Shown in pieces: positions 22,615 to 33,049 of a stretch of DNA of 36,591 nucleotides; position 1 is the first letter of the stretch, and every line of letters begins with the position of its first letter. Source of the DNA: Octopus bimaculoides (lineage: Eukaryota); contig NC_068985.1 in assembly GCF_001194135.2 (NCBI RefSeq), positions 120,269,905 through 120,306,495 on the forward strand. The letters are read 5' to 3'. The position numbers were made by a program, and so were the translations under genes. The notes under the pieces are model-generated. The model searched no databases. It was not told the origin of the DNA and was given only the letters and a program-made list of their open reading frames with translations.

Positions 22615-23580
22615 GCGCTTGATGGAATTGAAAGAATTTCTGCTCAAACAAAATTACCCGTCACTACTTCTAGAAAATGGTATTCAGCGGGCTATGAAAA
22701 TGCCTACACAACAACTGAGGACAACACAAAGAAGAGAAAAACAAGAACAAATCATACCATTTATAGTGACGCACAATCCATGCCACGAGAACAATTTCAA
22801 TATCGCTAATGCAAACCTACCAGTCATTGCTCAAAGTAAGGAATTAAGACATATCATTACAGACCAAACTATAACTCTCAGTAAAAGACAGCCTAAAAGC
22901 TTGAAAAAGTTATTAACAAAGGCAAGGTTTGACCTTAGCAACAAAGACCAACTATTCACTATGTCTAAATGCAATGATAGCCGATGCGGTACATGCCAAT
23001 TAATTCATACCGGGCCATATATGAACACAAAAATGGGGAAAATATTCACAAACACAAATATGAATTGTGAAAGCAGAAATTTAATCTACTGCATCAAATG
23101 CCCAAATTGTGAAGAACTGTATGTTGGCTAGACAGGCAATACACTATCAGAACGCTCATGTGTGCACCGACAACAAATTAAAAATCCAGAAGTCCGCCAA
23201 ATACAGCTGAGTAGCTACCTAGTAACATGTGGTCGGAAAATATTTATAATATTTCCATTTCATAAATTATACAATCCGAATTAAATAGAGAAAACTGAGA
23301 GAAAAGGACTTTATTAATAAATTCAAACCCAAGCTTAATAAACAATGATAAAAAATAACCTTATTTAAATTTTATTTAAGTCTTATCCCCATATCTAAAA
23401 AATAAAAATCTCTAAAAACTATCAGAGATCATCATTTCTAAAAATACACACTGAAAAATGGTATGCCATCTTTTCTAAAAATAACCAAGCAACTACTACT
23501 CCAATCCACAGGAATGTATATAAAGAACAAAAGTTAACCAGTCAACTAGAGTTGAAACTAATGAACACAACTGACACCAC

Positions 23581-23640
23581 CACCCTAATGAAGATTGCAG
23601 AAATGCAAGAAAGTATATTAGTTCAATTACAATGGGCGTT
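23581..23640 (+). ncRNA. Degenerate hammerhead-ribozyme-like motif in the PLE 3' UTR
   Basis: CTAATGA-AGA-TTGCA GAAA TGCAA-GAAA resembles CUGAUGA-stem II-GAAA; stems I and III are not cleanly paired. Confidence 0.4.
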
Positions 23641-23814
23641 TAATACATCATTTGTTCAATAAGAATAGACAATTAATACTTCATTTCATTTCTTTTTACT
23701 ATATTATTTTATATCTTATATTGATATTAGAAGATTATAAATCAAACTTGAAAAACAGAGTTGGAATTCCTTTGAGCAATATATTCTTCTATACACAATC
23801 ATACAAGCCCATTT

Positions 23815-23816
<2 letters not shown>

Positions 23817-23853
<37 letters not shown>

Positions 23854-24231
23854 NNNNNNNNNNNNNNNNNNNNNNNNNNNNNNNNNNNNNNNNNNNNNNN
23901 NNNNNNNNNNNNNNNNNNNNNNNNNNNNNNNNNNNNNNNNNNNNNNNNNNNNNNNNNNNNNNNNNNNNNNNNNNNNNNNNNNNNNNNNNNNNNNNNNNNN
24001 NNNNNNNNNNNNNNNNNNNNNNNNNNNNNNNNNNNNNNNNNNNNNNNNNNNNNNNNNNNNNNNNNNNNNNNNNNNNNNNNNNNNNNNNNNNNNNNNNNNN
24101 NNNNNNNNNNNNNNNNNNNNNNNNNNNNNNNNNNNNNNNNNNNNNNNNNNNNNNNNNNNNNNNNNNNNNNNNNNNNNNNNNNNNNNNNNNNNNNNNNNNN
24201 NNNNNNNNNNNNNNNNNNNNNNNNNNNNNNN

Positions 24232-24311
<80 letters not shown>
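23817..24311. other. Assembly gap between (CA)n and (TG)n runs; similar N-gaps at 6278-6287, 7236-7359, 15140-15231, 16230-16417, 22430-22474, 29041-29434, 32040-32158
   Basis: N runs lie at microsatellites, typical of short-read scaffolding. Confidence 0.95.
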
Positions 24312-24313
<2 letters not shown>

Positions 24314-24374
24314 GGTGTCTCTATGTGTACATGCATACATTCATATGTACATACATATATGCACGCATGATTGC

Positions 24375-25610
24375 TTTTCACATGTAACCGTGGAAAACCA
24401 TCACTGACCATAATTAACAATGTGCATTGACAGAAAATCATACTTAACACTCGTTGCTTCACTGGTGTCTACCGCGCTGGAGGTGCGTTTTCGAGCAGCT
24501 CGCTTAAATTCTACTAAAAAATGGATTTGCTTTTCGTAAAAAAAGACAACCTTCTTTCTATAGTTGTTTCCCCCATTGGTAACGATGGAAAACATTATTT
24601 TTCTCAATTCACCTCCCGTATTTCACATGCCTTCCACTAGATAATCCTTAAGTCGTGGCCCTTGATTTCTGCTGGGACCGCATGCGACAAGATAGTTCAC
24701 CATATAGCATTTGTTTAGCATTCTCCGATCACAAGTTCTTATGCAGCATCGTATCGATGCTCGAGATGTCGGTCTCCCTGAAGACCTTTGTGTCTAGGTT
24801 CCGCAAGGACATTTTGAATGACTCAGACATCTCACATGGAAGTGTTCAAAAAGCCTTACATTATGTCTGTAAAGGGTTTATGTTTCCCATGAGTAAAGGA
24901 TGGATGTCAGTACACGCACGATACACAACAACTTCAGCTCGCATTGTGATGCCATTTTGAGACCAGACGCGAGAATGAAGGTACTTGTGAAGCCTTAATA
25001 TAGTTCATCATCCAAAGAGCAAGAACTGCGGAGTGTGCTGCGCAGGCAGACAAAGTTTTCTACCACTTACACTACTGTACCTTCAAGAGAGATCTTTCCA
25101 CATATGGGTTCCTGGTGCTGGCTGAAACATTAAAAGCGTTTGTCCAGTGAATCAAAATATCTTGCAAGATGCAGAAATTTGATTGATGCATATCTCCAAC
25201 TATATGAAGCAATCATCTGCATTGATGAAGTCACGACTAAGAGACTGAATATCATTCAAATTGGCAGTAAATTGATGCAATTTGAGGGACAACCAAAAGT
25301 TCAATATGTCACATATATCTCAGAGGAGCAATCCACAGCAAAACCATGAGTGAGAATTTCTATTGTGAAGGGTCTCGCCATACCACCGCCGGCATTGGCT
25401 CATGCCTCATTCCAATCATGAAATGATTCAAATATCGATACAGAATTATCTGGATAAGCAAGACTACCGAGTATTTTCCACAGGGTGATCCTATTCACAT
25501 TATCGAAGGCGTTGATTAAATCAACAAAACCTCATAAAGATCCATATTCTGCTTATAGTCCAAGAACGGATGAACCCAGTGTAGATTCAACGACTATTTG
25601 GAAAAAGCAC
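24375..25610 (-). mobile_element. RTE-clade (BovB-like) LINE, degenerate RT and C-terminus
   Basis: Minus strand: QNMDLY.FVDLINAFDNVNRITLWKILG...SFHD...GG...PFT; DFINADDC; VENFVCLRSTL...SLDDEL; RVWSQNGI...VVYRAC; ETDISSIDTML; KQMLYGELS; KRAARKR. Confidence 0.85.
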
Positions 25611-27235
25611 GAAACATATGCATACATACATACATACATACATACATACGTAGGTATGTACGTGCATATAAAAGATATGTGGAACGGTTAAGAATAAATA
25701 TTCCCAGAACACAACTAATTTATTCACAATTTACAATCATTTAACAAATGCAAGTAATAAATGTTAGAAAACATAACATCAATTACGAAAATAAAGTGAC
25801 ATTGATTTTGTGAATGAAGTTCTTCACTGCACATAGTTATTAACTGATAATTATCTAAGTAGCCATAATTATTATCATCTGACGTGGGTACAAAATGAGA
25901 AGCAAAGTGTGTTTTATAGAAGAGGAAAATGGGACACATTCAAGCTTTTTTTAGGAGCGTCGGTGTCAACTAAAACCGCGCCGACTATGAATCTTCTACT
26001 AATTGAAACATCAGTTAAGCATCATTAAAATCACGTAACGATTACAACTGTTTTTTTTTCTTTTTATTATTATATATATAATAACAAAAGATCATTCTCT
26101 GCTTTGCAAAAAAAAAAAGAAAAAGAAAAAGAAGAAAAAAAACTTAGTGACTATAGCGGGAACTTTGTTGATTATCGTCAACAACAACGTTGAGCAGGGC
26201 AGGGAATACGTACGTTGCCGCCTTAATAATGTAAATAGTAGCCTCATCTGAATAAATGTCCTTTTTTAATGCGGAACAAAAATATAAAGTTCACAATGAA
26301 TACTATGCAGTCCTACTAGATGTATACCAGCAAAGAGCAACATGGAAGTTAAAACTCTGGAAAGAGGTCAACTTTCCTTTCAGCCATTTCAATGCAGCTA
26401 TATCATTTTGATAAAATCATGAATGCGCACGCGCGCGTGCGTGTGTGTGTGTCTGTGTGTGCGTGTGTGTCTGTGTGTGTGTGTGTGTGCATACATACAT
26501 GTATGTAAATTTGAATATATACACACAATATATATATATGTATAAGTTTATATATACATGTTTATATACATGTATGTATGTATACATGTAGAGATACATA
26601 TGTACACACAAACACATATGTGTATGTGTGTGTGTGTGTGTGTGTGTGGGATGTGGGTGTGTAGCGTGCTCTTGAAAGTAAAACGAAGCAAAATCGTTCG
26701 ATCTGCTAGAAATAGCCTCCGTGCATCTCGTTTACATCTCGACTATCTTTAAAAAAAAACGGAGAAATACACATTGAGCAATATAATCCAAGATACACTT
26801 TAATTGTAAAAAAAGAAAAAAATGGTCTGGGTGTGTTTGAAATGTCGCGGGGAAAAATAACAAAATTAGCAAAAACAAAAACCACTAACAAAAAGCATAA
26901 GAGGCAGACATTAGGACAGCGCATATCAAAACATTATTATAGTTTAGTCATGACTGGAACACTGTTTAAATTGTTTGTCGAGTCAGCCGCATCAACAAGA
27001 ATAACATCAAAGCCCACATTGAATATTACAACCAACACCAACGCCAACACATACACTGCACCTACAATCCCCTATACTCCCCTTTTCTCTATCAACACAA
27101 ACATTACTTCAAAAGTGAGGACCAATCCTACATTTATTATGAAAGCCGAGGTCACAACAACCATCATCACTGCAACCACCACTATGCAACCACTCCCAAT
27201 ACCATAACCTATGTTGTTACCAAACTTACATTAAT

Positions 27236-27400
27236 GCCGTCTTTACGAACTGAGTTCAAATTACGCTGAGGTCTTGTTTGCCTTTCATCCTTTCGGGGTC
27301 TATAGATTAAGTGCCAGTGAAACACGTGAGTCGATCTAACTGACTAATCCCCTCCCCACAAATTTCAGGCCTTGTGCCTATAGTAGAAAGGATTATTATC
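27236..27400 (+). mobile_element. 5'-truncated SINE family 1
   Basis: ctgagttcaaatt...cctttcatcctttcggggtc...caggccttgtgcctatagtagaaagg(att)n. Confidence 0.9.
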
Positions 27401-27409
27401 CTTATTGCT

Positions 27410-27624
27410 AAGGCGCCGAGCTGGCAAAATCGTTAGCACGTTGAACGAAATGCTTAGCTGTGTTTCGCTCGTCGCTACGTTCTGAGTTCAAATTCCGCCG
27501 AGGTCGACTTTAGTTTCCATCCTTTCGAGGTCGATAAATTAAGTACCAGTGAAATCACTGGGTTCGATGTAATCGACAAGTCCCCTCCGCACAAATTCCA
27601 GGCCTTGTGCCTATAGTAGAAAGG

Positions 27625-27665
<41 letters not shown>
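27410..27665 (+). mobile_element. Full-length SINE family 1 with a long (ATT)n tail
   Basis: aaggcgccgagctggcaaaatcgttagcac...gttctgagttcaaattccgccgaggtcgac...catcctttcgaggtcgataaattaagtaccag...(att)n. Confidence 0.92.
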
Positions 27666-27666
<1 letters not shown>

Positions 27667-27742
27667 GTTGTTGTTGTTGTTGTTAAAGTTGTCTTTGTTG
27701 AAGGAGTCGTTGTTGTTTCTTGCTGCTGTTGTTTTTGTTATT

Positions 27743-28103
27743 TTACTACCTCCGCCTTAGCTAAGGCGGAAGTATTGTTTTTCAGTTGTGTTTGTTTGTT
27801 TGTCCGTGGACAAGATATCTCAAGAACCGCCGGATGGATTCCCATGGAATTTTCAGTGATGTTTGGCCTCGTAACTCGCCCAAACTGCTTAGGTTTTGGA
27901 ATCGATCCGGTACTGGACAAGGATTCTAGATTATTTTTTTTGCCTAAGTTTTGTGAGCGGTGGGTTCAGATTTAGTATACTCGTTTGTGAGAGCAGTCGA
28001 GTATATTTCAGATGTTCTCATTCTAAAAATCATCTCCGGCTAATCGTTGAGAGGACATTGGCGTTGTCTTGGCGGAGCTTTGCGCTCTCTGAGTGCTCTA
28101 GTT
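27743..28103 (+). mobile_element. Helentron-associated non-autonomous element (HINE/DINE-1-like architecture)
   Basis: 5' palindrome TACCTCCGCCTTAG|CTAAGGCGGAAGTA (27747-27774), (GTTT)n, 3' subTIR TTGGCGGAG (28069-28077), short hairpin GCGCTCTCTGAGTGC, end CTAGTT; T-rich insertion site. Confidence 0.75.
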
Positions 28104-28232
28104 ATTATTATCATTAATTTGACTCAGGTTCGTACTTATTCCTGGTAGAATTCATGTGGGTAGCGAGGTAGTACCTGTAACCTTAGGTATCCACTCGAAT
28201 GCTTAAGACCCTCCTGATAATCTTTCTTGTCC

Positions 28233-28447
28233 CTAATTATTCAAACCTCAAAGAATTTCTCTCAGTGCATGGCTATGGTGCTCCCCTACTACTTCTGCAC
28301 GTAATCAGAGACGCACATATCGTCAGCCACTAACTGGTTTCGACAAGCAAATCTGTGGTATTAAGCAGAATGTTTGCTGTACCTTACTTTTTATACCAAG
28401 ACAAAACATGTACATGTTCTGTTAAGATCAGATTCCACTATTATTAT
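28233..28447 (+). mobile_element. Unclassified repeat 'X', 3' part with (ATT)n tail
   Basis: aattattcaaac...catggctatg.tgctccc.c.actacttctgcac...aatctgtggtatt.agcagaat is repeated at 28783-28952. Confidence 0.8.
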
Positions 28448-28486
28448 TCTTCATCTTATTGTTGTGGTTGTTGTTTTTACTGTTGG

Positions 28487-28523
<37 letters not shown>

Positions 28524-28526
28524 GAG

Positions 28527-28965
28527 TGAGAGCACTGGGGTAAAATATACGGAGCCCAGTATACGCATCATGGCTACCCGTCTGATAAGGGTACACTAGG
28601 CACCTGCATCACAACCATATGTGCGCGAAATGGTAATCTTATATCAAGATGAACAGCGCATGACTTTGGACGTGGGGCCCAGTTAGAATTTTCTTCAGGT
28701 CGAGTAGCACATCTCGGTCAAATGGTCCTTAAATAAGGGTTGTTTAAGGATGTTGAATAAAACAGCCACGTTTCCAGAGGCGAATTATTCAAACTCCAAA
28801 TAATTAGTCTCAACACATGGCTATGATGCTCCCCCACTACTTCTGCACCTGATCAAAGATGCATATATCAACAACCACCAGAGGACATTCTCATCTGGTT
28901 AGGGTCAAGTAACTGGCAAGCTAATCTGTGGTATTGAGCAGAATATTTGCTGTAGCCATTATTAT
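28527..28965 (+). mobile_element. Unclassified repeat 'X', longest copy in the window
   Basis: Shares its 5' part with 5083-5205 (-) and its 3' part with 28233-28447 and 3297-3375 (-). Confidence 0.8.
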
Positions 28966-29434
28966 TATTTTTTATTGTGTGTGGTGTGTGTATGCATGTA
29001 TATACATACATACATACATACATATAAATATATATATATANNNNNNNNNNNNNNNNNNNNNNNNNNNNNNNNNNNNNNNNNNNNNNNNNNNNNNNNNNNN
29101 NNNNNNNNNNNNNNNNNNNNNNNNNNNNNNNNNNNNNNNNNNNNNNNNNNNNNNNNNNNNNNNNNNNNNNNNNNNNNNNNNNNNNNNNNNNNNNNNNNNN
29201 NNNNNNNNNNNNNNNNNNNNNNNNNNNNNNNNNNNNNNNNNNNNNNNNNNNNNNNNNNNNNNNNNNNNNNNNNNNNNNNNNNNNNNNNNNNNNNNNNNNN
29301 NNNNNNNNNNNNNNNNNNNNNNNNNNNNNNNNNNNNNNNNNNNNNNNNNNNNNNNNNNNNNNNNNNNNNNNNNNNNNNNNNNNNNNNNNNNNNNNNNNNN
29401 NNNNNNNNNNNNNNNNNNNNNNNNNNNNNNNNNN

Positions 29435-29486
<52 letters not shown>

Positions 29487-30879
29487 TGTGCATGCATGTA
29501 TGTATGTATGTATGTATGTATGTGTATACATGATGTGTGTACATATAAGTTTAATGCAAAATTTCACGTTGGTTCTTTGTTCCTGTCTGTTCCTGTCTGT
29601 GAAAAACTCGCAGGCGACAGCAACACGAGATCACATAAACACAAATTTAACAACTTGTAAAGTAAACACAGCCATGTCACTCAGTAAACTGACTCATGAA
29701 GTTAACCGCTAGCTCTCACTGCACAGGTGACCGTGTGCTTCCATCTGTTGGCGCGCTACAGAACTAGTCCATACTACCTCATATGTATGTAACCTAGAGG
29801 AAAAATCTAGAATACACTAGATTGAAAATTAATCATTTCTATCATGCAAAGGAAGATATTTTGTCTTCTGTAATTGCTGGTTCATCAATCAGTGAATTCA
29901 GACAACAGGGAAATTGTGCAGGAGTTTTACTATATATTTATCTGTTTACATTTATTTATTTGTTCATTTTATTAAGTGATCCAAATATAAGATTTCGTTA
30001 AAAAAATATTTGTAGTAGTTTCAAAATATGGACTATAAACCATGAGAACACAGTCGTTGTCATTCTCATAAGTAGCGACCTGAATTGTTTTAGCGTACAA
30101 CAGAGGTATTTGTACACCAATATGCGTGTACACTTACACAAGTACTTTCACACTCACACAGCCGCACGCACGCACGCACTAACATTCTGGGAATAATACT
30201 CGAAAACATCACGACAAAAATATTCATGGATTATAGCAAACATTCACACATACAAACACATACGTACATGCTTGCATGCAAACTCATTCACACATGTATA
30301 CATGTATATATATGTGTGTATATTTGTTTCTGTGTGTGCGAGTGTATTTAATACGGAGATGTAGTTATATGTGTGTGTATGTATTTAGGTATGCATTACG
30401 TGCTTTAATGCCCTTAATATAATAAATGTATTTAAAGGGAATGAATTATAAATCTTTTCTTTATATGGTTTGCACGCTGAATACTTGATACATTCTTATA
30501 TAGATTTTATCCTATATTTAATTTTAAATTCAACCAGAATATATTCAGTGCTGAATTATTCCGAATATACACGTGTACCGGGACGTAATTTGAAAAGTCC
30601 GCCTCTTACGTAGATATATGTGTGAACATTTCTATATTGGATACATTTGCTGTTCGTCTGGCATGTTGAATTTTGTTCAATTTTGACTATGCATGCACTG
30701 ACGATTAGTAAGTGGATTATGTACACTAACTATGAAATCATATGATTTGCAGTTGAGCCTGTCCTTTGAGAGACAACTTCTAAGCTGCATTGATTTTGAT
30801 ATTGATATTGATTTCGTTACTTTCGATACTTTCTTTACTTTCATCTCAGTGACTATGTGAAGGTTGTTGAGGTGGATCT

Positions 30880-31150
30880 CAGGATGAGGAAACATATAGT
30901 GTATAATTATTCGGCAACCCAGCCCTCAGCCAAAAGAAATGTTCATTTTTGTGAATTGAGATTTGAGCTGATGTGTTGAGCATTTTAGAATTATCTTTGC
31001 TAAGATGCGTCCGGGAATCCTTAGAATGGTCCAGTGTATGACGTTATTCTTTAAGATCATTATGACATCATTCTTTAATTTTCTATGGTTTGTAGGTCTG
31101 ACCTTCACTATTGATGCCCACTGTGCTCTTCATAGAGTAAACAAATTTTA
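30880..31150 (-). mobile_element. Old RTE-like RT N-terminal fragment
   Basis: TILRIPGRILAKIILK...QFTKMNISFG*G...IIHYMF resembles 'ISLLSIPGKILAxIILxRL...QxGFRxGR..DxIF'. Confidence 0.5.
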
Positions 31151-31494
31151 CTCATTATGGTTCAGTGGCAGTACTGGGAGTATATCGTATGCTAAGGGCA
31201 CAGAAGAGGTTAATGTTGTGCTATAGCATAAATACGTCTCTGGATTTCCTCCTTCGCAAGTTTCAGCATGGCTAAAGATGTGTTCTCTTGATTAGAGAAT
31301 GGCATGCGTCTAGAATCACTGCGGTAAAGGTCAAAGCAATAGTCTTCTGACTTGAGTGAAGGAAACAAACCTGCATTGATTAAGTATGGTGTAGTTCTAC
31401 CATAGCGGTTAGTTTTTTGCTTTGAGAACAGAAATGAAGTCTCTCAATTTTGAGAATTACGAAAAGATACGAGAGGTTTTTATCTTTCAAGTGC

Positions 31495-31600
31495 GACGAT
31501 GATGATGATAATGACGACGACGACGAGGACGACGACGACGAAGGCGACGATGATGATGATGGTGATGGTAATGATGGTTATGATCATGATCATAAGTTTG
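31495..31600. repeat. (GAT/GAC)n compound microsatellite
   Basis: Directly visible. Confidence 0.9.
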
Positions 31601-31963
31601 ATGCTGATGATAGGTATACAGATTCAATTGCCCTCGTGGATTCAGCGAATGAAGAATGGATAGAATGTGCCTTATCAGCAGCATTGGAGATGACTTTTGC
31701 GATGTGTTTTAATTTTACTTCATTTTGTCGTGCCTGATCGATCAGCGAATAGTGAGTCAATTTTGAAAGCACCATCATTGAACCATAAAACCTATCTCTA
31801 CACCCCAGAAGAAGCCGCACCAGACACTGACCAGTGTATTGATATTGATTTCGTTCTCTGACCATTTACGTTTATTATGGCCGATTATTACCTCCAAAGC
31901 CCACTGTGATGTGTGATTTTGTAGTAATATTTGTGATATATATATATGCATAAATACACACAC

Positions 31964-32039
<76 letters not shown>

Positions 32040-32158
32040 NNNNNNNNNNNNNNNNNNNNNNNNNNNNNNNNNNNNNNNNNNNNNNNNNNNNNNNNNNNNN
32101 NNNNNNNNNNNNNNNNNNNNNNNNNNNNNNNNNNNNNNNNNNNNNNNNNNNNNNNNNN

Positions 32159-32198
<40 letters not shown>

Positions 32199-32264
32199 CT
32201 GTTACCACACCCAATTCTAATGCTAACGCTGCCACCAACTCCATCACCAGCGCCAACACCACCA

Positions 32265-32314
<50 letters not shown>

Positions 32315-33049
32315 TATCTTTTGGCAGAACTACTCCTTGAAATCTTTAGACTTCTGACTCATATTCCATTCATACTAAATTCGATGCCGAAAGAGGAGAG
32401 AAAGGGGAAAAAAAGGAATACACGAAAATATACCAAAGCCAGTGCCAACTGACCAGTTATAAGTACACAGCAAGAAAGCAAGAAAGGTTAACCTATACAG
32501 AAAGGAACACTATCAACACTAGAACCCTAGAACATACACACACACACGCCCCCCACTTACACACACACCAGGCACACACACACATTCACGCACGCACATA
32601 TACATCTATATATGAACCAACAAACTCATAGATTATATGCAATATCACCTTGTCAGTGACTCGGACGCAGTGGATGCGACGTAAATTGTCATGTAATATA
32701 GCAAGTAATAAATATTCAAGTGAAGTTAAGAGTTTTTGAATAACCGACGTGTGTCTTACATGCTTTAAATGTTTTAGTTTCTTCACACGGTCTCTGACCA
32801 GACCACTTATCAAAATATTGTTGTAATATAGTGTGTAATGCGAAATAAGTCGCAGATATTTGAGAATGATTTGTTTAAAACATGAAATTCGCAAAGTTGT
32901 ATTTAAAGTGATACACCGAACATGGTTGGGGAAGAAAAACGCTTTTGTGACGCGTAGAACGAAACATTGAAGTAATGTCATAATAACCGTTTTTTATTGG
33001 CCACAAGGACCGAAAAGTAATAGCATAATATTATTTTTATCATTAGTAG

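Larger units (their letters stand above)
22498..23776 (+). mobile_element. 5'-truncated Penelope-like element (Neptune-type: RT thumb, Cys linker, GIY-YIG endonuclease, 3' UTR) with an inverted copy of its 3' end at the 5' side
   Basis: 22615-23348: RLMELKEFLLKQNYP...IPFIVTHNP...KRQPKSLKKLLTKA...KCNDSRCGTCQ...CESRNLIYCIKCPNCEELYVG*TG...HRQQI...INKFKPKLNKQ*. TAG at 23129-23131 replaces the Gln of YVGQTG. Confidence 0.92.

Noticed and set aside
23129-23131. In-frame stop in the PLE as possible selenocysteine recoding (as in some Naiads)
   Set aside because: The codon is TAG replacing Gln, not TGA; further frameshifts follow; the endonuclease is C-terminal, unlike Naiads.
24655-24960. DISHGSVQKALH looked like a mariner HTH
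   Set aside because: The opposite strand carries continuous RTE-BovB ORF motifs across this interval, so the resemblance is coincidental.
29630-29760. Cluster of Fox, AP-1, E-box and partial CTCF-like motifs
   Set aside because: Motifs of 6-7 bp occur by chance at this scale; there is no conservation or chromatin evidence.
32586-32981. 131-aa minus-strand ORF
   Set aside because: No recognisable domain, AT-rich composition, and it runs into a simple repeat; treated as chance.
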